NCBI RefSeq assembly: GCF_036321535.1
Contig: NC_087437.1
Coordinates: 2,480,001-2,544,000 of the forward strand
Source: Camelus dromedarius
Lineage: Eukaryota
Reading direction: 5' to 3'
DNA length: 64,000 nt
Both the position numbers and the translations under genes were made by a program. The stretch's first letter is position 1; each line of letters opens with the position of its first letter. Under the pieces are notes generated by a model. That model was given only the letters and a program-made list of their open reading frames with translations. It searched no databases and had not been told where the DNA came from. Shown here piece by piece: positions 26,121 through 40,200 of this stretch.

Positions 26121-27170
26121 CTTTTTTTCTATATTTATTATGTTTTCTGTTCCATCACCCACACAATTTCAGGAAAGTTTGCTGGAGGGTTTCTTTCTTC
26201 TATGCAATCATTCACATGTTACAACCCCAATGTCATATAAAATGAATATCTGTTGGGATTTTGTTATGATTTTTTAAATTCCCAGAGCTCTACCTATAAA
26301 TAGTACATGGTATTGAGATCAGAATATAATTGCTAATTATTCCAAGTACATGTTCCAGGAAAAAATTTAATGTGAAAGTCTGTATACACTTAACATTTTC
26401 CCATGAAAACATAAGTAACCTAGACACCATTTTTAATGTCCCTAAAGTTTGTCTTAACCCAGTTGCAATTCCTATGAAATCCTGCCTTATTTTTAGATAA
26501 GCAAAAAGTATAAGGTTCATATCTTTCTGAATATGTAGCCAAAACTTGAAAAAAATATTGTACTTGGCTCAGGTTTTCAGTGTTGAAAGGCAATATGAAA
26601 CCTCAATTCTCTATTTGCAGGTTCTGGTACTTGGTCATCTCCCTATTGGACATCATCAGTGCTCTGCTTTTCATAACCTGGGACATAGACAAGATGCTGA
26701 AACACCCCTGGCACCCAGCGCTGACCCCAGTGGACTCTCCCGTGGGTCTCCACCTCCAGCAGACAGTGGTACATTGATGGCATTCTCTGAGTGTGACCCT
26801 TTAGCTCAGGATTTTTCACTATTTTTTATCCACAACCTGTACTAAATTATGGATTTTATATCTTCACTCTGGACCCACACAACTAACATAAATATGAAAT
26901 AATGCGCTCCCAGGCCATCTCCCTCCGCCGACACCACGCTCACTCTCAAGCCCGGGAAGTGGCAACCTGTGTGTAAGAAGACGCGTCTGGCTCAGCTCCG
27001 CTGAGCATGAATACCTACCGGGTCTTCTCCTCCTGCTGAGCTGCCGCCCCCCTTCTTGCCGCCGCCACCGCCGCTCCGGGTCCTCCTCCTCCTCCTCTCT
27101 CCCCCGCCTCTGGTGCCTCTGCTGTCCCTGCTGCCTCTGGTGCCCCTGCTGCCACTGGTGCCACATCTGG
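26121..27170 (-). pseudogene. Retrocopy-like insert of an unidentified mRNA (GC-rich 5' end, AATAAA plus A-rich tail)
   Basis: GGC/GAG-rich 5'UTR-like start, AATAAA (26139-26134) then an A-run; 9-bp direct repeat gtattttca at 26112-26120 and 27171-27179. Confidence 0.5.
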
Positions 27171-28299
27171 GTATTTTCAGGGAAAAACCCCAAGACAGTA
27201 TTTTCAAGTGTCATACCATCCACATAAAAATTGAACTTCCAGAATTTACAAATTAATTATTCTGAGCGGATAAATTTTACATTCTTTTCCAAAATCCAGT
27301 CTACAGCAGTTAAAAATTCATACAGTTACAACATAATATTTTCTGTTTACAATCTACCTAATTTCATAGCTTTTCCTACTACAGATGATAAAGTTCTCAT
27401 CATGGCTACCAAGGTTTGCAAACACACTATACTTAAAATATATTTAGCAGCATATAAAATTGGATTAAAAGGAAAAGAGGTACTGCTGTTAAATAAAAGT
27501 GAAAATAAAAGGCGATAATAGAAACAACTACATAGAAAAATAGATCATAATGTATTTCTGTTAGGACATCAAAAACTTTCCCATCAGAGCGTATGCACAG
27601 CACTAATGAAACAATTCAACAGCATTTTAGTCCTGAGCAGAGTACAGCTCAGCTGCAAAACTTTGGTTAATACAAGTAAACATGAACATTTAACGCAAAC
27701 TGTTTGACATTCTTTGTTAGTACATTAAGGTCAATTCCATTTCTGTACACCAAAAACAGACACATCTTGACTGACTATATACATCAATAAAAAGGCAAAT
27801 AACTAAAAAAGCCAAAGAGAAAACAGAGAAGAAAATAAAACAGTGGTGGTGCACTGAGACCTGAGGTATGAGACGGTGTGGGGATGGGAAGGGGGCAGAG
27901 CCTCTCAGGACTGTAGGGCCATCTTGAGAGAGCAGAGCAGGAGGGAAGCTGAAGTTTCTGGCAGGTGTTCCGGATGACTTCATTAGGGCAATAAATGCTC
28001 ACAGGGCCGGGTTCTCTGTGGGCTGAGACGTGCGTAAGTCTCACCTCCTTCGTGAGCCCTCTCGAGCAAAGCAGACTCCGTTTTTGTTTTCCTTTCACAA
28101 AGGCAGTCTTCTGCTGCCGGGAGCAGTGACCCCAGCTCAGCCTGGAGGACGTTCAGGTGAGCTTCAGCTCACTGGCTAGTGCTGTAGGAATAGCAGAGTT
28201 TGCATCGACCTCTTCCCTGCAGGCGCGGCAGCACCCACGCCAGCTGAGAATGAGCACAGCCACCTGTGCTCAGGCTTGAGCTGGGGTGGGGGCAGGGAG

Positions 28300-29420
28300 C
28301 GGTCCTCCACCCTTCTAGACTCATCTGGCTGGTCTAAGAATTAACCTGACATGAGGCAGACTAACAGGAGAAAAATAAAAATTGAATAACACGTGAATTT
28401 CCTTGGGAGACAACCAGGGTAAACTGAGTGAACTCACCAAGAAGGCTGCAGCCCTCACCTTCAACATCATCTTCAGCTGAAGACTAAAGAGGAAGCTGCA
28501 GGCAGCGGTCAGTTACAGAGATCAGCTACATGGAATGCCCGGAGGAATGAGAAGTTCAGTTAGACAAGGGCCGGAAAGGTGTGACTTTGGTTTAGACGTG
28601 GGAGTCATCAGTGACTCGCTGCGTGGGAATGGATGAAGGGAAGACACACCAGAGTGGGTGGGGACAGACTGCTGGTGGGGAAGCAGGCAAATCCTTCAGG
28701 AAGTTTGTCGTCAGAAGTAAGACTGTCTGGTTCATATGAGAGGGAAGAAACAGAGGGAGATGTTTACAGAGAGGGAAATTTGAAATCGTCACTGAGAAGG
28801 AAGAAGGTGCAAGTTAACTAAATAAAAGTAGTAGGATCGCTGGGCAGTGCGTGACTTTCTTCAGCAGCACTTAGATGCCTGGGGGGATGTAAGGGGGAAG
28901 AGTGACAATCAGTCTGTTGTGCAGTTGGGAGTTTTGCCAAGTAAGCACACTGAAAAAACAGAAAAGGGAATAAAGGATCTAAGTAGGAGTTATTCAAAAT
29001 TTAGCTCCTGGAAATTGTTGAGAAGGAGATTATTTCCTTTATCATCTTACATTCAGTGATTGGGAACCTGCAAATTAAATTGACTAAAGCAGATTACTGT
29101 GAGAAAAAAATAACGTATGAATACATGCAGGAGTTCACAAAGCAATGGGACTTGAATCGGTGGCTACAAGTGGGGGCTTATATGCAATTTAATAAGTGAC
29201 AGGAAAAGGAGAAAGGCATTTTCTGAAAAACAAATGACTTCTTGGTGAGAGGGGAGAGAAAGGGCACTTATGGTAGAACAAGTGACATTTAGGGAAGATA
29301 GATAACGCCTTAGGAGAATGTATGGGAGAGATGGCATGTTTGGGACAACGTCCTTTTGAGTCCGGTGCTCAGAACTTGTCTCTAATTTTAAGACTGTTTC
29401 CAAAAAGTAAATAAATAGAG
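28300..29420 (-). mobile_element. Two ERV1-type LTR remnants
   Basis: Reverse complements of LTR U5 ends (gactaacaggagaaaa; gcagattactgtgagaaaa) and a gcttatat TATA. Confidence 0.55.
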
Positions 29421-29736
29421 AAAATGAAAAGCCTGAGGCACATTTCGTTTCTCCATGAGGAAACATCTGTGAATCAGTGTTTAAGGTAACATATAGAAAG
29501 CTTGATGGCACTGTAACGATTGTTGTGATCCATCAGAACACTGCAACAGCCACAGCAGATCCAAGCGCTGTCCGTCTAAATCTTTAGGTCTATAGACAGT
29601 GATTAACGCTGGAAAATTCAAAAAAGCTATCAATCAACACGGCTCAATATCGACAAGTTTGGTGGGTGGCTGGGTGCTGTTTAAACAGCTGGCATCTGGG
29701 CTCAGTTTGAGTATATAATACTCCAGAGTGCTGGGT

Positions 29737-30064
29737 TTTATTCCCAAAATCTGCTTAAAAGTCAATGAGATGCAGAGAAACGTGATTTAAAATACTACAT
29801 CAATTTTAATCATGCCCATAGAATGCAAGAGTATTTTCCCTTAATAAACAGGGTCAGTATCTTACATAATGGAAAGTAAATAAAATGTTAAGCAAACAGC
29901 CCAGCAGGTAAATGTTTACAATTTATCTTGCACATCATATAATTATTCTTCAAAATCTCCACATATTCTTCACGTGCTTTCGAAACCAGATCTGGACTTA
30001 GACTTGATTCGTCCATCAAGGCTGTGAGAGAGTCTCTAGGACTTAGATCCGAGTTCAGTAGTAG
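29737..30064 (-). other. ANKRD26: Terminal exon/3' UTR of the ANKRD26-like gene (former coding part decayed); candidate poly(A) signals ATTAAA 29810-29805 and AATAAA 29742-29737
   Basis: ttttctttccag| acceptor; remnant DES...DLVSKAREEYVEILKNNYM matches the ANKRD26 C-terminus but is preceded by a stop and a frameshift. Confidence 0.8.
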
Positions 30065-31225
30065 CTGGAAAGAAAATGAAAGAATTAGATTCTTTACTTA
30101 AAATACTTCATAGGTAACTAAGTGTCAGTTTCTTTTTTAAGAAAAGCTGAGACTCTTCTAAGTTTTAAGAAGAACGAAAAATACCTACACACGATTACAG
30201 CACAAAATACAAGATTACTACTCTAGACTTTGCCCAGGGCTGCATGTTGAATTAACTGCTCCTGTGGCTAAGGATCAGAGCCCCCGGTTTTCTCATTCTT
30301 CATTCATTTACTCGGCAACCATGTACTAAGTCACTGTGACAAGCACTGGAATCACAAGATGAAGATGACAGAGCCCACCCTGAAAAATCATGTACCGTAA
30401 ACTGGAAAACTAGATAAACCGGCAATTTCGGTACAGAGACATAAATGCCATGACAGGTATAAAAGAGGGCACAGTTGGAACACTCAGAAGGGACGTCCAG
30501 CTTTGTGTCAATAGTGTCCCCTCTTTGGTGGCCATGACGTGTAAGCAGATACCCGAAGGAGGAGGAGAAAGTGTGGGCGGGAGAGGCAAGAAGCAAACAC
30601 ACAGAGCAGAGGCAGAAGGGGCGCCCGCGGAGCCGGACGCAGTCTGACCAGCCGCTGGAGCACAGGGGCAGAGCAGGGGAGTAAAGAGATACGGCTGAAG
30701 CCTTTGGCAAGAGCCAGATCGATGTGGGTGTTTTTCTTCCAAGCTAAGGAATTTGGAATTTTTCCTGAGGGCAAAATGTTAACCCCTGACAAAGTGAATG
30801 ACAGGAAATTAATTGTCATCCACCGGGGGACAGGTACATGAACTGTGATTGCTTGAGTCTGGGATTTTGGCCTCAGTCACTACCAAACTCGAGAAGCTGA
30901 TGACCTCCATGCTTTCTGAGAACAGGTCCGTGTGCAGGTGACAGGCCCACGGGGACAGCAGAAGAGGAAGGGCACAGCCAGAAATAGAGAACACAGACTT
31001 CCTGAGATTTTTTTTAAAGCTATGGATCATGATGAATAAATGAGGAATAAGTACACTTATCATTATGAATGAAATTATGCTTTCACATTTTTCATTAGAT
31101 ATGTGTAACAAAAAAATTTAACATAGTATCTGTTATTCAAACAATAGAAAGAGATGCCATTTACTGTTTACAGTGTATTTCGGAAATCAATGTCTAAATT
31201 TAATTCAGAAATGTTGGCAACATAC

Positions 31226-31271
31226 CTTCTTTTAATTCTTTATCTGTATTATTCTCCAACTACTTCCGCAT
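31226..31271 (-). CDS. ANKRD26: ANKRD26-like penultimate exon (46 nt), MRK* (stop at 31262-31260)
   Basis: Homologous to MQQELEKNITRELKE; codon 4 is TAG; splice sites intact. Confidence 0.85.
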
Positions 31272-34200
31272 CTGAAATAAGTCAAATATTATTTTTAATG
31301 TGTAAGTTAAATATGAAACACTATCATAGGAATGACAGCTAGCTTATGAAATGTGGCCTTTAAATAAATACTTTTAGAGACTTGACCTTACTTGAGGATT
31401 GCTTAAATAGAAAAAATAATCACAGGACTGAAATAAAATAAATTCTAACTTACTTTGATTTTAGATAATACAGAACATATATATGAAAGGCTATTTAGAT
31501 TCCCCTGATGGAAAGCACAATAAACACTGCCCTGTCGGATACACAAAATCTCAGAGGGCGATGCACGATCTTATTAGCACAAAGAGTTTAAACAATTCAA
31601 GTCATGTTCTACACTGAATGCATTACTCTGCAGTTCTCAGAAAAACTGCCCTTTATAAAAGTTTAGGTTTTTTTAACCTTAATGGATTTTTCCTTAAAAT
31701 GAGATTTCCATTCCTGCACTTTTAATTTTAAGGTCTGTTCTTGCTAAAGTTTTTAGCACAGAATTGCAGATGCATAAAATGAAGAAAAGTGTTCTGTTAT
31801 AATGTCAAGTGAAAATTCTACTGGCAAACAAGTTAAGCAAATGTATTTTGCTCTCTGTATATGACTAAAATATTTATATCAGAAAATCTGCTTGAAGAAA
31901 AGAAAAGGAGAGACTAGCGACAGTTACAAAAGTTGGATTCTGATTCACAACTTCCTAGAGTTAGAAATACGGAAAACAATACGTAATTCTTTAAATGTAA
32001 CTTTGTTTCCATTCTAGAAATTAGGGCCAACTTTTTGAAACTTGACATAATTAGTTAGGTATTTAATTATGAAATGTGTGGGGACATTTCAAACAGGAAA
32101 AGTCCCCACCTACAGTGTTCTTTTAAAAACCTTTCTTATAAAACTCACCCGCTCACTAAACAGGGTCTAAACTAGTCCACCAGACATAATAAACACTGCG
32201 GTGGTAACAGCGACACGAGAGCCGAGGCCTTTGTAAATGTTAGATGCAAAGACAAAATTTGGGGCTACAATTTGCCAGTATTTTCAGAGACTGTTTTCCG
32301 TAACACTGTCTGACAAGAGCATTCTACAGAGGCCTTCTGCCATCAACAACGTGGCAACAGTGCCAGGTGGGTCCTGTCAACTGAAAAATGCCTAACAGAT
32401 GAAGGGAGAAGACTTTACTGAAATAAATTCATATAACCGTTAATAAGCACTATGCAAAATGTAGATCACACTTTCACATGAGCTGAATGTAAGATTACTA
32501 TCTTTTCCTCTGCAAAGCTATTTTCCTAAATAGGTATTTCTGGGACCTTTATGTTTATTTCTAGGTGAGGACACCCATGTCCAGATGGTGGAAGTGGTCT
32601 GAAGTCCAACATTAATAAGGAGAAGGCACCTGCAGTTTTCCTTAAACTTTTCCATGTAACAAAAACACAGAAAGGTGAGAAAATTATACACAGGAAGACA
32701 ATGTATCAGCAAGTTTTAATTCTAATGGTTTTTAATTAGGAGCATTCTTTCCTAACTGGCAGTTTGCAGACTATGTCCCATAGAAATGGAAGGTCCCACT
32801 GGGGACACTGCAGGATTGAGGTCAAAACTGAGGTCACAGGCTGGAAGATAATGCTGCCCTCTCTTTCCGAGATCAATTTGATAAAAACACACTTGCCACA
32901 CACGTATACACACACGTTCATTTCCAAAGTGAATATGTTCTCAGATTATTGATACTTTTCAGTTAAAATTTGGTACCATTCTTATTTTAAATGTAATAAA
33001 CATAAGTACAATTCCAGAAATGAAATAAAATCAAGTCATTTAACTGCTTTGATTCATTATCCTGTTGTAAATAGGTTAATGTATGAAGGAAATGACACTT
33101 GTCAGTTTGTAACTATTAAATGCATGTATTTTGCTGCAGAGGAAGGAAATGAGAAAGTATTTGTTGATCAAGGAGCTAAAAAATTAAGTACAGAGAAAAA
33201 AGTGAATGAAAGAAAAAGAACTGGAAGAAGTTGTGTGATTGTCTTTCAAAACATAGCACGCTTCCTCATTTGTCCATTCAGACAAAATGAAATGAGGGCA
33301 GGAGGGAGTCCACAGGGCAGAGAGCTGATAGCAGAAACAAGGTTACTGAACTCTGCCTCTGTCTTATGACAAGTGAGCTTAACTACTGTGATAGTTTGAT
33401 TAGAATTAAAATTCACAGTGGATGTGCCCTGCCTTGGAAGCCTACTTTTGAAAGAAACGTGACCAGATTCTGCTGAGACGCAGTGCTGTGTCATGTCAAA
33501 AGTTAAAGTCTTAGGAATGTTAGTCGTTTTAGCTCTGGTGCACTGCTATAATACCATTTAGAAAAAGGGCTGCTAAACTGAATGGACATTTGAGAAATTT
33601 AAGTTACATAAATAAATCATTAGAAAATGTTTGAAAGTGTCAGTAATACACCAAAAGTCCAAAATCAATGAGTGTAAAATTTAGTCTTCCTATTTAAAAT
33701 AGATCTGAAGGACATTTATTAACTATTGTGGCCATGCTTCACGTTAGGCATACCAATACTAAAACACTCTTGAACACAAAATAATCTTTAAAACAGAGAA
33801 ATTTTGTCTGTTATAATACTGTCTGGAATCCATTTTTAAGTTTTCAGTTCTCAGAAAAAAAATTCTATGTGCAAGAAAATCTAACAGTGATGTATCTGCT
33901 CAGGATAATTTTAACTTTTTGTATTTTATAGTAATATAATTAAATAACACAATTGAGTAAAATTGTAAAATTGCTTCTGACATGTAGGACAAAACACCCC
34001 AGAAATAAACTAGAATGTGAAATCTGAGGGTAAAAATCGGCAAAACAGATACGGGGTCCATCTGTCACCACTACAACGATGTCACGTGACAAGGCTATAC
34101 TTCATTCAGTGGTAAGAGAGGCAATAAACCCAAGTGTTACCAACTGGAAAAAACTTGCGTCGACAACCAGCACGACTGAACTCACAGACTTAGAGCAACA

Positions 34201-37200
34201 CTTCTGTCAAGTTAGAAAAAAATGCTGAGTAAGCTGGAACTTCACAGTAGGAACAGTCCAAAATGTTAAAACCTTGCACATAAAGGAGAATGTTAAATTC
34301 AACCCCAATGCCATTTTTAACATTTTGCTTTCTAGAACCATAGCTGAAAAGCTGTGGAAGTCTGTTGTTTTGTTAAGCCCCATGCAAAAACCCATCCCTT
34401 CCTGTCATTTTAAACAGGATGTTCACACCTCTCATAGCATTACTTTATGTTTTCCCAGCAGAAATAATTACATCCCTAGCAATTCCACAAGTCACCTTCT
34501 TTCTCTAAGTCTGACTAAGAAATCTGTAAGCAGTAAATGTACAGTAAGTCCTGTGAGGCGCCCGGCAGTGCTGAGGGAGACGTGTCTCTGCACCCGGACA
34601 GAGCGGGGCTTGTTAACCTCCCTGCTAAACCTAGCATGATTCGGCCCCACGGCCCCACAGAACTACGTGTACCTCGGAACTACAACACTGAGGTTAAAAT
34701 AAATCATTTTCCAGTGTATCTAGAAGTACTAAAACATAGACACCTCTTTCCCCAAAAAACATTAAAGGAGAAAACTGTCCTCAGGAGCTTTCTCTTGCAT
34801 TGCTTTTGCACTCACACTCTTCCACCATCATCCTGCAAAGTGACACACTGTCGATTTTTTGGGGACAACTAATGAAAACATTTCGAGTTTGCATCATGCT
34901 TAGCCACTGGCGGAAGTGTTAGCCATGCATTTTTTTTTTTTTTAACACCACGCAGTCCGGTTTCATGACTCTGAAGCACTTAGACTCAATTTACCCACAA
35001 CACTGTCTACGAAACCTGAGCTTTTTTCTTCTTTGATTTATTATGACACGAAGCCAAGTGAAAAGAAATGGGTTGAGACCTCACATAACAAGGGCCCGTG
35101 TTACCCTTCTCTGCATCAAGAAGATCATGAACACACCATCAAACCATAAACCAACGCGTACCGCTTTAAATGGCTATTTTAACAACGATACACAATGAAA
35201 ACTGGTTGTAATTTAAAGACTCCCTATCGTTGCCACCTCGGTATTCCTGCAGGTGAGGGCAAGACAGAGACATAAGTGAACTTCTTGTTAAAAATTGAAG
35301 TATTTGCTTTCCTTGACTACGTATTTAGAAATGTACTACAACTGCTCAGTAAGACATTTTATAACAATTAAAATAACAATGCTAGAAGTAAAATACCAAT
35401 TAAGGATGTACTCTTACAGAAGAAAATGATAAAAATTTTAAACTTAAAAACGGAACTTAATATTTTTAGTGTTACAAGTTTATTGAATTCATAAAAAGAA
35501 TTTATCTTGGATTCCTTTAAATAAAAAGCATCCGCATGTGGTTAAGTAGCTCAATGCCAATCATTTACTTGTGCTTAGGGGTAGAAAAACTGGGCTGCAG
35601 CAAAACTTGAAAATTACTATCAACCAATGCCAAAACGAAATCAATCAGAAACTAAGCCAATCGATGGAAAGTGGATCTCTATTTATTTGGCACTAATACT
35701 TAACTTCTAAAATAGAATTTAAAATGGAGCTTTTTAAGAAATTTAACATTTGTCAGTTTAGTTGCATCTATTGAATAAAGTTAATGACAGGTATCTCTTG
35801 AAAACTACAAGTCCAGGGACTTTAAAAAATTATAAAATTTGTCTCCTTTCTTTATTAGCACAATTAACTATGGCTTCTACTTAGTGTGCATAAGTCAAAG
35901 AAACAACTCAGAATTTCATCAAATTAAAAACAAGAATTGTATCAGAAATCTGAAACCCAAGGAAAAAAAGATAATATAACTAACCCGGAACAAGGGAACG
36001 CTCAAGTTAGTTGAAGGGTCGGAAAAAGTCCTGAAGCGCCTTCTTTGAGTAGGACTCCTTTTGGCCTCCACGCTAGTACCTGCAGCAGAAGGCGGTGCGC
36101 CAACAGGCCTTGCAGGAACAAAGCCAGGGAAAGAGCTCCTGTGCTGTCTCTCCAGCAGAAGCTTAGTGCTCACCTCGGCCAGCCTCTCATTAACCCTGCG
36201 AGGATCGCAAAACACAGATTTCATTCATTTCATTTTCTTCCTAAGTGATGTGTATTTTTACAGTTGCTATAATAGTAAACAGATTGTCCCATTAAACTGC
36301 GTTTTAACACCCAAAATACGTCAGCGAAGACCTACTGTAAACAATTACAGTTTAAAACTGTCCTAAAGAAGGACGTACGTGCCTGGGGGGGGCGCTTAAA
36401 TAACAACTACTTCAAAGTGGGGACAGTCAGAGATGGAGACGCCCCCACAGAGGACCCCCACTGCCTTCTGCACCGGCTGCATCTAGACATACTCACCCTC
36501 AGTAAACCAGTTTAGAAATAAAAGATAAACCATTCCTCAAAGCCATTTTCAAGCATTTGCTTTCACCCCCCTTATATACACATTTCACTCATTACCTGGG
36601 AGAAAGGAAGCATGCGGCACTGAGCAACAGTTTAGAGCCACCACCTCTGGGGGGCACCAGGCGGCACAGTCGATGGTGGGAAAGAACTCCGACAGCGCCA
36701 GGGGCAATTTCAAGTGTCCCCCAATTTCCCAAAGCTCACTTTGTTACTTCGCTTTTACCAGAGGCCTACATCAGCACCTGTTTTCCATAATCAAACAAAC
36801 TCTCAAGCGGATTTTCACTTTTATGGGAAAAAAGCAAAAAGCCAGAATAGCGCTGGGTGTTTGTTTTAGCCCGACCCATCAGAGGGGCAACGAGCGCCCC
36901 GAGCAGCGAGAGGGGCCCCACCGAGCTCCTTCCGCAGAACCACACTCAGTGTCCCGGCATCACGCCGCCACGGCTTAGGACTGTGTCCGTGAGCGCCTGT
37001 GCTTTATGCATATTTATTTCATGCATCCACCAGCAAGATGTGTCCTAAGGTAACTGCCTCTTTGCTTTACATCGACAACTTTCATAGGAACGCTCTACTT
37101 TTGGATAGCGGGGAGACCTGTAGCTTGTAACACTGCTACTCAGGCACCGGAGGTGGGACCCGCCCTTTCTGTCTCCCACACACCCCCTCGGGCAGGCCAC

Positions 37201-40200
37201 CACATTCTTCTTAGCCACTTTGTGAACCACTATGCTGCCCTTCACCCCTATGTGAAGTTCCCCCTATTCCCCAAGCATGCCTTTATGTAGCGGAGACAAA
37301 CTTAGAAGGGTACAGTACTTCGTCTCAGGGTGCCCACGAGCGGTGACACCAAATATCACAATCAACAAAGTAAATTCAACAAACACCAGCATGGGGCCCC
37401 TTGGGTTTACATTGTGCTCTTCCAAAACACAGTCAATTTTAAACTCATTAACATTTCTATTTATGGGAATTCCAGCTAGAAATTTGTGATAATATGGCTG
37501 TCTAAATTGCAAAGTTTGCAAAACCCCTAGCTTAAAGACTAGATCAGGTTAAATATATGCAAATATAAAAAATAAAGTCGTGTAAAAGCAACAAAAGGCA
37601 GGGAGATGCAAACTGCCCTGGACTGACATTTTAAAGGGGAGTTCATTTGCTAACATCATTTCCCCAAATTACACTATCTAGTTAGTTTTCACTTGCTGCT
37701 CACCTCATGAACCTGGCTCAGTAAGAATTATGCCTTAGAGGCAAATTAATGACCTGAGTTATTTTCTATAATTCTACGTTTTGACTTACGAGGTAAGTTC
37801 ACTTGCCAAAGACTTTCTATTTTCTAGCTCTTGCAGGTATAGTTGTTTGTATTTTTCCAATCTGTTTTCATTACAATCACTTTTAAGTTCAGGCTCCAGA
37901 TCTTTAACTCTGGGTTCCGTTTGACTAACTGAAGCACGCTTATACTCTTTCAACACGTTTTCTTGAAATCCTGCTTGTGCCTAAAGCAAATTAAAAGGAT
38001 ACAACTTTAAAAATAATTATAACCTGAGTAATTACAGTCTATTTGTTCCCTTTAGTTTTGAGTCAATGACTCAGAGAGCAATTTTAAGTGTGAGAAAAAA
38101 GCTGAATGTTAAACTACTTATCATCAATGTCAAGTGAATTAAATCTGAATTACAAAATTAAACTTGAATCACTCTTATATTAGTACTCATGTAATGTGAT
38201 AGTTCAAAGAATAAAAGGATCAATTTAAAATTTTAAAAGTTGAACAATACAACTTAAGAGCAATCCCCGAGTGTGGCACAGTATTTACATCACAATATAT
38301 TCTTCTCCTCCTAGTAGTATTCACTTACACCAATTGGTCTTAAAAAGGATTCTCTAGTGAGAATTGTTCTGAAAGATCCATTTAGTGATAGTGATGATGG
38401 AAACTGAATTATTTCAAGGGAGTAACAAATGCGGCCTTCCTTCCAGAAATCTACAAAACCAACTGCTATATGGGAAGTAGAGGAAACACATAAAATGTAC
38501 ACATCAGAACTGTCATTCTCAGCAAAGTGAGTTAGAGCACGTTACAGATCAGTGTCTCACCTGTAAAAACTGGCTGATTTCTTTTAGTTTCTCTACTACA
38601 TCATGTCTTGCTTGTTCTTCAGTTTCCTGTCTGTGCTGCACAGCTCGCCTGAGTTCTTTCAGTGCTTCTACTGCATCCCGTCTTGCTTGCTCTCCAGGCT
38701 CCCGCTTGTAATGCTCCACTTGGCTGCGTTCCACTGGGTTCATTTCGAGGTGACGCCTCAGATTTACTGCTTCTTCCTCCAACTTCTTCTTCTCCTCCTC
38801 TAGTGCTTCACATTTCCTTTGCAACTCTTTCACAGGTAACAACTCCTTTAGAAGAAGCTGAGTTTCTGCACTCAGATGGAGAACTACTGAAGATGTAGAC
38901 TCCTCTTTTGCTGGCAGATCAGCATTCTGCATGAAAAAGATAAAATTGTTTGGTAATGAGGTTAGCAGACTGAGAACAGCCTAACTCTAATCCAGCATCA
39001 AAGGTTGAAATAAATTCAGTTACAATAAAGTGGCATATCTACCTTGTGGAATGGAGAAACTCAAATTACTCAGAAAATCAAGAAAAAAATTCAAACCACC
39101 AAGAGTCACAAAAATATACTGTTTATTTTCATCATCTTTGTTATACATTTGTACTTGATTTTACAATCTTATTTTCTGTAGTTGTTTCATGTCTTTCCTA
39201 CATAAAATGACTACAAGTCACCTCTTAGTAGAAAGTCTCTTAGCCCTTCCTTCCCCAAGTCTCAACTCTTCATGATTTTTAAAGTTTAGGGAGATCATAT
39301 TGAGTTACTTAGGGCTGAATTAATAAATGCCTCCCAAAACAAGACTTTGAAAAAAAAGACTGCAATTAATACATCTTACAAATATGGATTCTAAGGCCAT
39401 AAGCCTTTCTCTGAACTACAAATATTTTATGCTAGTTTGAATTGCATGCCAAGGAGCAATGAATGATTCACAGAGTTAAGGAGAAATCCATCTCCTAGTG
39501 TAGTGGTTTAGTAAGATGACCGATACATTTTTCTAAACACACAAAAAAGCCTTAATTCTTGTAATCCTTTGTGGCTCTCCACAAAACAAGAGAACATACT
39601 TAACAAAAACAAACAAAAAAACTTGCTGGAATTTCAGTGACACTGACTTGGGAAGAACTGCTTTCCTTCAGATAGAAGGATTATTTGCTGACACAAGGCA
39701 GGCGGAGGTGGTGGTTGTAAAACATCTCTACAAATTCCTTGGCACTTCCCCTGCGAAATTCCCTCCCCTGAAGTATGTACTGGCCTCAGTTAACTGGTTT
39801 CCAGGGGACAGAATGCAGGGGCACCGCTGTGTGGTTTCTAAGGCTAAATGGCCTCTGACTTTCACTCCATAGGGATGCTCACCCTTAGAACCCAGCCACC
39901 ACGTTGTGAAGACCAGGCCACCTACTGAGTCTTTGTACACACAGCTGTCCCAGCTGATGACCCCAGGGAATGTCCTCAACCAAAGCCAGCTCCAACTTCC
40001 AGACATGTGCATGAACAAGCCTTTAGATTATTCTAGTGCCCGCTTCATGCCAAGTGGAGAAGAAATGAGCTGGCTCCACTGAGCCTTGTCTAAACACAGA
40101 TTTGGGAACCAAGTAAGAGCTGTTTGGAGTCACCAGGTTTTGAGGCAGTTTATTATATAAATAATTAGCAATAAATCACTGGCACAGATATTGATATTAA

